Below, one piece after another: positions 56,212 to 64,000 of a stretch of DNA of 64,000 nt (positions within the stretch are counted from its first letter, which is position 1; each line of letters begins with the position of its first letter). The notes beneath the pieces are model-generated. The model had not been told where the DNA came from and searched no databases. It saw nothing but the letters and a program-made list of their open reading frames with translations. The translations under genes were made by a program, and so were the position numbers. This DNA is from an uncultured Candidatus Saccharibacteria bacterium (lineage in GTDB: Bacteria > Patescibacteriota > Minisyncoccia > HO2-45-28): contig CAYPMM010000001.1 in the NCBI GenBank assembly GCA_964412115.1, positions 764-64,763 on the forward strand, read 5' to 3'.

Positions 56212-56670
56212 CTAGTGAAGACGCTTCAAAAGCTCTTCCGGGTCGGAGACGATGTCGTGAATGAATTTCCGGCTGGAGGGTTCTTCGTAAAGGTCGTGGG
56301 GATAGGAGCCCATAAGGGTTTTATCTTCAAGGGCATAAATGGTTTTGCCGAGCACTGCCGCCGCAAAAAGCTCGCCATGGGTGTTCGCGCCGATATAGCC
56401 GTCTTTATTGAAAACAAAACAAACGTCGGCAACCATTACTTTTCTGAAAAGATGGTCGTATACTTTTCCCGCGACGGTTGCGCGATAAAGGCTGTTTTGC
56501 AAGCGGTCTTTTTCCTGCATTTTGGCAAATTGCGGGTCGTCTTCTTCAAAATTGGGCGTAAGCACATGAACGTGCTGGCCGTTTTTGGCGGCTTGGGCTT
56601 TTAGGCGGTTCACAAAATCTGCCAGCTCGTCTCTAAACCTTACGCTGGTGCAAAAAACAATGGATCTCAT
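56212..56670 (-). CDS. nucleoside 2-deoxyribosyltransferase-like protein
   Basis: MVADVCFVFNKDGYIGANTHGELFAAAVLGKTIYAL resembles PF05014 core. Confidence 0.4.
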   Translation of the reverse strand: MRSIVFCTSVRFRDELADFVNRLKAQAAKNGQHVHVLTPNFEEDDPQFAKMQEKDRLQNSLYRATVAGKVYDHLFRKVMVADVCFVFNKDGYIGANTHGELFAAAVLGKTIYALEDKTLMGSYPHDLYEEPSSRKFIHDIVSDPEELLKRLH

Positions 56671-56726
56671 TTTTTAACTTTAAACCCGCCGTCAGCGCCT
56701 GGCAAATTTGGGTGTGTATAAACCCT

Positions 56727-56760
56727 AAAAAAACGCCCCCGAAGCACTTCGGGGGTATCT
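56727..56760 (-). terminator. intrinsic terminator after NUDIX gene
   Basis: CCCCCGAAGUGCUUCGGGGG then CGUUUUUUU on minus strand. Confidence 0.65.
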
Positions 56761-56762
56761 TT

Positions 56763-57296
56763 TTAAATTATTCCGAGTTTCTTTAAGATATAATACCAAA
56801 TCGGCTCAAGGCCCGGTTCGGCTTTCCATTCCGGATCGGTGGCTTTTTCAGCCGGGTTTTTGCCGAAAATGGCGATTGTTAGCTCCCCGACCCCATCATA
56901 AGATACGCCGTATTTCTTCATAAAATATTCCGTCCGCGCGGCTATTTTTTGCAACTCGGCAGGCGAAAACCAACCAGCCCTTTTGGCATCGCTTCCGGCC
57001 TTAAGTTCTCCCGACCAACTTAGCGCTTCATAAACTTTCCACAAATGATGCGTCCCGCCTTCGCGTTTGCAGGGATTGTCTATGTCGCTCTCAAAAACAA
57101 GTTTGTTTTCTTCAACTTTCAGTCCCGCCTCTTCCTCCAGCTCCCTTGTCATCGCGTCATAAAAATTCTGGTCGCCATCCACGTGTCCCGCGGGCAGCGC
57201 GAATGCTTCGGGATAGTTCGCCCGTTCAATTACGACGATTTTTTCTCCGTCGCGGATTATTTGTCCGACCGAAGTGTTATCGCAAACCTTGGCCAT
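56763..57296 (-). CDS. NUDIX hydrolase
   Basis: GHVDGDQNFYDAMTRELEEEAGL Nudix box. Confidence 0.65.
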   Translation of the reverse strand: MAKVCDNTSVGQIIRDGEKIVVIERANYPEAFALPAGHVDGDQNFYDAMTRELEEEAGLKVEENKLVFESDIDNPCKREGGTHHLWKVYEALSWSGELKAGSDAKRAGWFSPAELQKIAARTEYFMKKYGVSYDGVGELTIAIFGKNPAEKATDPEWKAEPGLEPIWYYILKKLGII

Positions 57297-57298
57297 TT

Positions 57299-58357
57299 TT
57301 ATCCCCTATTTTTAGAACCTTTTTTATTTTTAGCCAATTTTTCTGATTTTCGCAAGCTCCCGCCCTTCTCCCCTAAAAATTTAAATAGTTCTTCCGGTCC
57401 CCTGAAAATCATGTTTGAGTAATAAGTCAGAAACGGGCTCATCGAAACGCCTTTGGGATAGACAAGCCACGCTTCTTTGCTCGTCTCATGCGCCTCGCGA
57501 AGCTCGTTGATGACGCCCGGGGAAGAAACTGCGCGCGGAAAATAAGCAATGACTCTATCCACCTGCTTGATAAGCCAGTATAAATCTCGGTTCACAATCT
57601 GATTCAAGACATCTTCGGTCATCATGGACGGCTTCCACTGTTCAACCAGCTCAATTTCGCGCGGGTCAAAAATTATAAAATGTTTTTCAAGCCGTTTTAT
57701 GAATTTATCCACTATCGCCTGGTCTTTTGGGCTTGAAAAATGCGTCAAAGGCATCGCCACGTAGATTTTTTCAACATTTGGTTCAAAAAGAAGGCGATAT
57801 AAAAGTTTTACGTTTGACTGCGAAGGAATTATGGAAAATTGCTTGCGGTTCATTTCGGCCCAGGACGCGGTCATTTCAACATCCACGTTTCTCCATAAAA
57901 GTATTTCGTTAAAAGAAAGATTTTCTTTTTTCCATTGCTTACGGATTTTGAGATGGTCGTGAATACTTATGACATCGTCCACGAAAGCCAAAAACAAGTC
58001 GGGATTCAGCTGGCTCACGTAATAATTGTCCCACGCGCGTAAAAATACGTTTTTCCAGTAAAAGAAAGCGTGTATGTTTATGAAAACGGCATCATAAGTT
58101 TTCATCACTTTCGGAAGCTCGCCCGCTATTCGCTCAAAAACGGCGGAGCGAACCGCTCCTATTACCGCGGGCGGAGCGTTTAAGACGTTTTCCGCGCTTA
58201 AATTAACTCCTATGTCTTTGGAGTGGTCCAGCATCATCTGCCCCACATGGTAGATTTTTATTTTTTTTCCGCTTGCTTTCGCTCGCTCTTCAAGTTTTTC
58301 CAAATATTCCTTTCTGCGGGAGCCCGAAATAGCCGTGGTTATAATTAACTTTGACAT
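57299..58357 (-). CDS. hypothetical protein
   Basis: 352-aa ORF, no confident motif. Confidence 0.45.
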   Translation of the reverse strand: MSKLIITTAISGSRRKEYLEKLEERAKASGKKIKIYHVGQMMLDHSKDIGVNLSAENVLNAPPAVIGAVRSAVFERIAGELPKVMKTYDAVFINIHAFFYWKNVFLRAWDNYYVSQLNPDLFLAFVDDVISIHDHLKIRKQWKKENLSFNEILLWRNVDVEMTASWAEMNRKQFSIIPSQSNVKLLYRLLFEPNVEKIYVAMPLTHFSSPKDQAIVDKFIKRLEKHFIIFDPREIELVEQWKPSMMTEDVLNQIVNRDLYWLIKQVDRVIAYFPRAVSSPGVINELREAHETSKEAWLVYPKGVSMSPFLTYYSNMIFRGPEELFKFLGEKGGSLRKSEKLAKNKKGSKNRG

Positions 58358-58399
58358 ATTTATATGGTAGCAAAAAATTAAAAAAGAGGCCAGTGGCCT

Positions 58400-59083
58400 C
58401 TATTTCTTTTTTCTAACAACAATCTGCCAGGGAAGCAAATCCAGTTCTACGGTTTCGGGACTTCGCTTAAGCGCGACTTCCTGATGCCCAACGACTTTGC
58501 CATCTTCGTCCACAAGCTCAATAACTTTCATACAAAACGGGGTATCATAAGCATCACCGCTTTTCAAAATCTGCGCGATCTCATAAGCCCTGTTTACTTT
58601 CCATTTATATTCGTCCTTGACGTCTTCAAAAACGCCGTCAATATCTATTCCCAGTATCTCTGTTCTTCGGGAAGCGCGCGTTAAAGCAGAAATGGTTGAG
58701 GCATAAAGCCAGTAACGAAATTCGTCCGTGTCTTTCCATTCTCCTCTTGCCACTTTAATCTGTGGAACACGCTGGATTAATCTGGTAATTGAATAATTCA
58801 ATTCTCCCTCATGCGCGCCCCAGTAGCCGTATTTCTGACTTACATCATAAATCGCCTCCGCCAAAGATCTTTCACGGCTTGAACCCGGAGTTTTCTTGCC
58901 GGAAAGCATGAGGTCTCTTAACAAAACTCCGATTTTATAAAAACTCTCGGCATAGGTTTTTGAGAGCGTTTTGTTGTCGGTAATTTTTTGCGCGAGGTCT
59001 TGAGCAAGCGCGTCAATAAATGGATCCAGAATGTCTCTGTCCTCTGCCGGCGGATTCGTTTTTTTGCTTGGCACGTACGGCAT
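58400..59083 (-). CDS. hypothetical protein
   Basis: 227-aa ORF. Confidence 0.45.
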   Translation of the reverse strand: MPYVPSKKTNPPAEDRDILDPFIDALAQDLAQKITDNKTLSKTYAESFYKIGVLLRDLMLSGKKTPGSSRERSLAEAIYDVSQKYGYWGAHEGELNYSITRLIQRVPQIKVARGEWKDTDEFRYWLYASTISALTRASRRTEILGIDIDGVFEDVKDEYKWKVNRAYEIAQILKSGDAYDTPFCMKVIELVDEDGKVVGHQEVALKRSPETVELDLLPWQIVVRKKK

Positions 59084-59141
59084 TTTGTTTCTCCTTTTTC
59101 AAATAAACTCCGAACACATCTTAACAAAAAACCCCTTGCGG

Positions 59142-59633
59142 TCAAGAGGTTTTTTTATCGTAAACAAAAAACGTGTGCCGGTGGGCGTTTTTCTCATCCG
59201 GTTCTCTGGTTTCCCGGCTTACTTCAATCCAAGAGTTTAAATCCATCGGCGGAAAAAATGAGTCCCCGTCAAAATCGGAATCCACGCGCGTCAAATAAAT
59301 TCTTGAAGCCTGCGGAAGAAACTGGCCGTAAACAGATTCTCCTCCGATTATCATGATTTCATCTTGGTCCGCGACCATCTGCAGGGCCTCTTCCGGCGAA
59401 TTAACTATAGCTACGCCTTCAGCGTTAAAGTCGGAGTTTCTTGTTAAAATTATGTTGATTCTGCCGGCAAGCGGCTTGCCTATTGACTCAAAAGTTTTTC
59501 GTCCCATTATAACCGGCTTGCCAATGGTCAGCTCTTTGAATTTTTTCATGTCTGACGGCAATTTCCACGGCAAAGAATTATTTTTGCCGATTACTCCGTT
59601 TTTTGAGACAGCCGCGATGATTGATATTCGCAT
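59142..59633 (-). CDS. folA: dihydrofolate reductase
   Basis: MRISIIAAVSKNGVIGKNNSLPWKLPSDMKKFKELT; start at internal ATG with GGAGG RBS (track start 59723). Confidence 0.75.
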   Translation of the reverse strand: MRISIIAAVSKNGVIGKNNSLPWKLPSDMKKFKELTIGKPVIMGRKTFESIGKPLAGRINIILTRNSDFNAEGVAIVNSPEEALQMVADQDEIMIIGGESVYGQFLPQASRIYLTRVDSDFDGDSFFPPMDLNSWIEVSRETREPDEKNAHRHTFFVYDKKTS

Positions 59634-59643
59634 AGTTTTCCTC

Positions 59644-60489
59644 CTACACCGCCATATCGGCTTTAATCGGGGGGTGATATTGGTAATTTTCCAACCGCAT
59701 ATCGTCCATCGTGAATTTATCAATATCTTTTATTTCTGGATTAAGCCATAGTTTTGGCAATGGATAAGGCGCGCGGGAACACTGCTCGCGAACTTGGTCA
59801 AAATGGTTGTGGTAAATATGGGCGTCGTTCAGCGTAAGTATTACTTCGTCGGGCTCCAAATCCGTCACTTGCGCCACCATATTCAGTAAAAGAGCGTATG
59901 AGGCAATATTAAAAGGAACGCCTAAAAACATATCGCACGACCTCTGGGTCATGGCCAGAGACAATTTACCGCGAGCCACAAAAAACTGAAAAAGCATGTG
60001 ACAGGGAGGCAAAGCCATCTGGTCAATCTCGGCCGGATTCCAGGCAGAAACAATTAGCCGGCGGTCATAAGGGTCGCGCTTGATGCGCTCTATAATGTTT
60101 TTTAACTGGTCAATCTCGCTTCCATCGGGAGACTTCCAGCTTCTCCACTGAACTCCATATACTCTGCCAAGATCGCCTTCAAAGCGCGCTTTCGGCTTCC
60201 AAAATGAGGCTTCGGCGTTTGCCGTCCATATCGTTGTTTTTTCGGGATGGCGGGTGCCGTGAAGGATTTCAGCAAGGCGTCTCTCATCGCTTGAACCCTC
60301 AATAAACCATAAAAGCTCGCTTGCCACACTCTTCCAGGCGAGCTTTTTCGTGGTCATTGCCGGAAATCCGTCAGACATTTTGAACCTTAACGGCAAAGCA
60401 AAAACAGCCCGCGTATCTATGCCGGTCCTATTCGGCTTGTCCACGCCGTTTTCCATAACATATTTAAGAGCGTCTAAATACGTTTTCAT
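59644..60489 (-). CDS. thyA: thymidylate synthase
   Basis: MKTYLDALKYVMENG...DRRLIVSAWNP...CHMLFQFFV. Confidence 0.85.
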   Translation of the reverse strand: MKTYLDALKYVMENGVDKPNRTGIDTRAVFALPLRFKMSDGFPAMTTKKLAWKSVASELLWFIEGSSDERRLAEILHGTRHPEKTTIWTANAEASFWKPKARFEGDLGRVYGVQWRSWKSPDGSEIDQLKNIIERIKRDPYDRRLIVSAWNPAEIDQMALPPCHMLFQFFVARGKLSLAMTQRSCDMFLGVPFNIASYALLLNMVAQVTDLEPDEVILTLNDAHIYHNHFDQVREQCSRAPYPLPKLWLNPEIKDIDKFTMDDMRLENYQYHPPIKADMAV

Positions 60490-60567
60490 ACTGTCCTCAT
60501 TTTAAGGTTTCCGACTTTATTTTACAAAAAAATTCCCCAATCGCTTGGGGATAAGTATTAAAAATAT

Positions 60568-61191
60568 TTATTCTTGTTTTGGCAATAGAGGCTCCGTGTG
60601 CATTTTTACATCCGTGTATATCTGGTCAATGCTTCGGGATGCGTCAAGCACGCGCCATTTATCTGGTTTTTCTTCGGCCTGCTCCAAAAACGACTTCCTG
60701 ACCCTGTGGTGAAAATCCATTCCCAGTTTTTCAAAGCGGGTCAGCGTCTCTCCCCGCATTTTTGCCCTGTCTTGCAAAATTTCGGGGTCGCAATCCATCA
60801 GCATCACCAAATCCGGTTCAATTCCGCCCCGAGCCTCGCCGGATTTGCGCTTTATTTCGGCAACATCATAACCCCTTCCCGCGCCTTGATAAGCAATCGT
60901 GGAATATTCGGTCCTGTCGCATATAACCACAGCGCCCCTTTCAAGAGCGGGACGAATAACTTTTCTGTAATGTATTTCGCGGTCTTGGCAAAAAAGGCCC
61001 AGTTCTTCTTCGGGCGTTATGTTTCCATGCAAAAGTTTCTGCCTTATTTCAAGACCTTCGGGCGTTCCTCCCGGCTCTTTCGTCCAGACGACATCAAGCC
61101 CGAGCGCCTTCAGTTCTTCAAAAAGCCGTTTAGACTGCGTTGTTTTTCCGCAAAAATCTCCGCCTTCAAAAACGATGAAAATCCCGCGCAT
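60568..61191 (-). CDS. tmk: thymidylate kinase
   Basis: GIFIVFEGGDFCGKTTQ P-loop. Confidence 0.8.
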   Translation of the reverse strand: MRGIFIVFEGGDFCGKTTQSKRLFEELKALGLDVVWTKEPGGTPEGLEIRQKLLHGNITPEEELGLFCQDREIHYRKVIRPALERGAVVICDRTEYSTIAYQGAGRGYDVAEIKRKSGEARGGIEPDLVMLMDCDPEILQDRAKMRGETLTRFEKLGMDFHHRVRKSFLEQAEEKPDKWRVLDASRSIDQIYTDVKMHTEPLLPKQE

Positions 61192-61322
61192 ATAACGCCT
61201 CCATTATAGCAAAGAAATCTGTCTTAAGTTTAACTTTTGAGTTTTTTTGTTAAATATTGACTATCTCAAATCTAAATGTTACCATACTTTTGGATTAAAT
61301 CGACTCTCCGAAGGAGGACAGA

Positions 61323-61874
61323 ATGACAAAGCTCATGTTTGAACTGGCGGACACGGATGAAGGTAAAGAAACCGCGCTTGCCGCCGTAAACATAATAAAG
61401 CCCGCGCTAAAAGATATTTTGTCCGAAAAGTTGAGAAACATGCGTATTGACAAAATGACCGCGAAAGAATACGAAGCAGTAAAGCTAACAAAAAAAAATT
61501 TTGTGTCTTCGTTTCTAAAGCTCTGCTGGTTGTGGGAAGGGTTATCCATAGCGCAAATTGCAGCCCTTTTAAAGGAAGACGAAGGTTATATGCAAGAACT
61601 TAGCAGGGTCGTTTACGAGCGGGCAAGAAAAAAAGTTTTATTTTTACGGACAATATCCTGTTTCACTTTAATCGGCATACCATTTGTAATATTTTTTTCA
61701 AAAAATCCGCAAATGGATAACGGCTGCAGAGAAAGCGAGGCCGCGCAGTATTATGCCTGCCGGAAAATCCTTAAACAAAAATACGGAGAAAATTACTTTC
61801 CTGCAGAAGAGCTTGAAATATTGATTAAAGAATGGCGGGATAATCCCGGAATTTCCAGGAGATATAATCCGTAG
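61323..61874 (+). CDS. hypothetical protein
   Basis: 183 aa; GGAGG RBS 7 nt upstream. Confidence 0.45.
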   Translation: MTKLMFELADTDEGKETALAAVNIIKPALKDILSEKLRNMRIDKMTAKEYEAVKLTKKNFVSSFLKLCWLWEGLSIAQIAALLKEDEGYMQELSRVVYERARKKVLFLRTISCFTLIGIPFVIFFSKNPQMDNGCRESEAAQYYACRKILKQKYGENYFPAEELEILIKEWRDNPGISRRYNP

Positions 61875-61908
61875 CGGCAAAAACGCAGGCCTTTCAGGCC
61901 GGCGTTTT

Positions 61909-62334
61909 TTAATCGCTTACTTCTATACCCATACTTCTTGCCGTTCCTTTAATTATCTTTTCAGCGCCTTCAACATCGTTAGCGTTTAAGTCCTCCATTT
62001 TTTGTTCGGCAATTTCCCGAACTTTGGCTCTAGAGACCTTGCCGACCTTGCCGGTCAAAGGGTTAGCCGCTCCTTTTTCAACACCGGCCGCTTTTCTAAG
62101 CAAGTCGGATGCCGGCGGAGTTTTTAATTTAAAATCAAAACTCCTGTCTTCGTAGACGGTTAAAACAACCGGAATAATACTATCGCCCTTGTCGCGGGTG
62201 GCTTCATTGAATTTGCTTACGAATTCGCCGATATTTATTCCTTGCGGGCCCAAAGCGGTGCCGACCGGAGGCGCGGGGGTGGCTTTGCCCGCGGGAATCT
62301 GAAGTTTTACCACTGCTTTAATTTTTTTCGCCAT
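61909..62334 (-). CDS. rplK: 50S ribosomal protein L11
   Basis: [34 protein letters not shown]. Confidence 0.9.
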   Translation of the reverse strand: MAKKIKAVVKLQIPAGKATPAPPVGTALGPQGINIGEFVSKFNEATRDKGDSIIPVVLTVYEDRSFDFKLKTPPASDLLRKAAGVEKGAANPLTGKVGKVSRAKVREIAEQKMEDLNANDVEGAEKIIKGTARSMGIEVSD

Positions 62335-62384
62335 TTTTGCTTAAATTTTAGAATGATTAATGAATAAAATTTAACTTGTTGAAA

Positions 62385-62930
62385 TTATAGTTTTTTTATC
62401 TGTAAAAAGTCCAGCTCCACCGGAGTTTCGCGCCCGAAAATTGAAACAAGCACTTTAACCTTGCCCCTGGCCTCATCCACCTCGGAAACCTTGCCTTCAT
62501 ACTCTTTAAACGGCCCGTCGTTTATCCTTACCGTATCGCCCGCCGAAATATCAATGATATATTTGGGCTCGTCGGTCTGCATTCTTTTAAAAAGCGTGTC
62601 CACCTCTTCTCTGGAAAGCGGGGTCGGCGTTATGCCCGAGCCGACAAAGCCGGTAACGCGCGGAGTGTTGCGGACAATATACCACGAATCGTCGGTCACG
62701 ATCATTTCAACCAAAACATAGCCCGGATATATTTTTTCTTCCTCAACCCTGCGTTTTCCGCCTTTTATTTTTATCTTTTTTTCTTTAGGAACCAGCACGT
62801 TAAAAATCTTATCCTCGTATCCCAAGGACTCGACGCGCTGTTTTAAGTTGCGGGCAACGGCGTCTTCGTAGCCTGAATAAGTATGCACCGCGTACCAATT
62901 TTTTCCCAATTCTCCAGTCTGTTTTGCCAT
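62385..62930 (-). CDS. nusG: transcription termination/antitermination factor NusG
   Basis: WYAVHTYSGYE NGN domain and C-terminal KOW. Confidence 0.85.
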   Translation of the reverse strand: MAKQTGELGKNWYAVHTYSGYEDAVARNLKQRVESLGYEDKIFNVLVPKEKKIKIKGGKRRVEEEKIYPGYVLVEMIVTDDSWYIVRNTPRVTGFVGSGITPTPLSREEVDTLFKRMQTDEPKYIIDISAGDTVRINDGPFKEYEGKVSEVDEARGKVKVLVSIFGRETPVELDFLQIKKL

Positions 62931-63016
62931 AATTTTTAAAAATTTTAAATTAAAATTTTTGTAAAATTATGAGCGTCCGCCGAAGCTTAAGCGAAGGCGG
63001 GGCGCCCACATTTTCT

Positions 63017-63208
63017 TTAAAGCACAAACCTTTCTAAAATATTAATAAAAATAAAATCCAAAAAACCGAGATAAGCCGCGACTCCGACCGATACCGCGAT
63101 GACCAGCAATGTAAAACGAACCGTTTCCTGCCTGGTCGGCCAGTTCACGTTTTTTACCTCAAGTTTTGTGAGTTTTAAGTAGTCGGCAAGTTTTTGAAAA
63201 AAGTCCAT
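63017..63208 (-). CDS. secE: preprotein translocase subunit SecE
   Basis: 63 aa, single C-terminal TM, conserved secE-nusG-rplK order. Confidence 0.75.
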   Translation of the reverse strand: MDFFQKLADYLKLTKLEVKNVNWPTRQETVRFTLLVIAVSVGVAAYLGFLDFIFINILERFVL

Positions 63209-63212
63209 ATTT

Positions 63213-63240
63213 TGAAAAACCCCCTCAAGGGGTTTATTTT
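63213..63240 (-). promoter_or_regulatory. terminator-like leader hairpin between promoter and secE start (possible attenuator)
   Basis: minus RNA AAACCCCUUGAGGGGGUUUUUC, 8 nt before secE ATG. Confidence 0.4.
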
Positions 63241-63243
63241 TCC

Positions 63244-63271
63244 ATTATAGCAGAGTTAAAATCTCCGTCAA
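63244..63271 (-). promoter_or_regulatory. sigma70 promoter of secE-nusG-rplK
   Basis: minus strand TTGACG-16nt-TATAAT; 14-bp palindrome ATGTGCGAGCACAT just upstream. Confidence 0.5.
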
Positions 63272-63550
63272 TAGGCCCTTAGGGTAATGTGCGAGCACAT
63301 ATGGCGGTTTTAAAAGCGAGGCAATGTTTGCTTTCGGAGAACTTTCGGAGGCGAAAATGCAGGGTTCCAAACTGCGAAAACCTCCAAACTAAGTTTTGGT
63401 TTAACTAAAACTTAGTTTGAAACCCCGTTTTCGCAGTTTGGGAATTTTCGCCGAGAACGTAGGCCGGCCCCGCTCGCTGGAGCGGGGAACGGCCGGTCGG
63501 AGAAAGCAATCTTGCCGAGCAAAAACCGCCAAATATGGTTGCTTAAAACA

Positions 63551-64000
63551 CTAGATGTCCAAATTCTGAACGTATTTTGCCTGCGACTGGATAAAAGCTT
63601 TTCGCGGCTCAACTACCGAACCCATCAAAGTGTCAAAAGTTTTGTTTGCCTCCTCGGCGTCTTCAACCGCCACTTTTTTCAAAGATCTTGTCTGTGGATC
63701 CATGGTTGTTTCCCAAAGCTGTTCGGGATTCATCTCGCCCAAACCTTTATATCTTTGGATGTTCGCGCCTTCAAGTCCTTTGCTTTTGAGCAATTTTTCT
63801 TTTTCCTCTTCGGAATAAACATAGTTCACTTCCCGACCCTTTTGAATTCTATACAAAGGCGGCTGGGCTATGTAAAGAAAGCCCTGTTCAATTGCCGGTT
63901 TAAAATAGCGGTAAAAAAGAGTCAGGAGCAGAGTTCTGATGTGCGCGCCGTCAACGTCGGCGTCGGTCATTAAAATTATTTTATGATAGCGAAGGCGGCT
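63551..64000 (-). CDS. gyrB: DNA gyrase subunit B, C-terminal part (gene continues beyond window)
   Basis: ...[19 protein letters not shown]...[14 protein letters not shown]; reading frame open to window edge. Confidence 0.8.
   Translation of the reverse strand, partial: SRLRYHKIILMTDADVDGAHIRTLLLTLFYRYFKPAIEQGFLYIAQPPLYRIQKGREVNYVYSEEEKEKLLKSKGLEGANIQRYKGLGEMNPEQLWETTMDPQTRSLKKVAVEDAEEANKTFDTLMGSVVEPRKAFIQSQAKYVQNLDI

Noticed and set aside
60598-61209. 203-aa plus-strand ORF
   Set aside because: Antisense to thymidylate kinase, which has a clear P-loop. Shadow ORF.
63512-63973. 153-aa plus-strand ORF
   Set aside because: Antisense to the gyrB C-terminus.
1-64000. CRISPR array
   Set aside because: No regularly spaced 25-40-bp direct repeats in any ORF-free segment. 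The only short repeats are three GTGTGTTYTAAA copies at 43927-43970.

Overview
This is a low-GC (~40%) window with small proteins, many glycosyltransferases and leaderless-like starts, which looks like a CPR/Parcubacteria-type genome. About 60 genes are called.

Positions 1-39,100 are a large glycan biosynthesis/glycosylation locus:
- A capsule-synthesis (KpsS-like) gene, an FkbM methyltransferase, a sugar C-methyltransferase and a class I methyltransferase.
- A complete GDP-D-glycero-alpha-D-manno-heptose route (gmhA, hddA, gmhB, hddC) with an adjacent transaldolase.
- A B12-binding radical SAM enzyme, a DegT aminotransferase, a Gfo/Idh/MocA oxidoreductase, a nucleotide-sugar dehydrogenase and an AsnB-like amidotransferase.
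- A Wzx-like flippase, three GT-C (GT39/83-like) paralogs, roughly ten GT4/GT2 genes and a CYTH protein.

Positions 39,100-52,900 are an almost entirely minus-strand accessory block. It holds a PKD+LTD surface protein, two VirD4/TraG-like ATPase paralogs, a Cas2-like protein flanked by twin palindromes, and an Rx4H HEPN-like membrane protein. It also holds a RelE/ParE toxin-antitoxin pair translationally coupled to one of three paralogous ~565-aa Cys-rich zinc-ribbon proteins (the first paralog sits back in the glycan locus), plus a sigma70-region4 + HARE-HTH protein.

The most unusual signals are two GC-rich, ORF-poor islands (about 42,804-43,081 and 52,511-52,899). Each has a near-consensus sigma70 promoter, an extensively structured GC-rich RNA domain and an intrinsic terminator hairpin just before a gene. 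They are candidate undescribed ncRNAs or riboswitch-like leaders.

The window ends in housekeeping genes: secDF, a NUDIX hydrolase, folA-thyA-tmk, rplK-nusG-secE with a structured leader, and partial gyrB. No rRNA, tRNA, CRISPR array, transposase or integrase was recognised.
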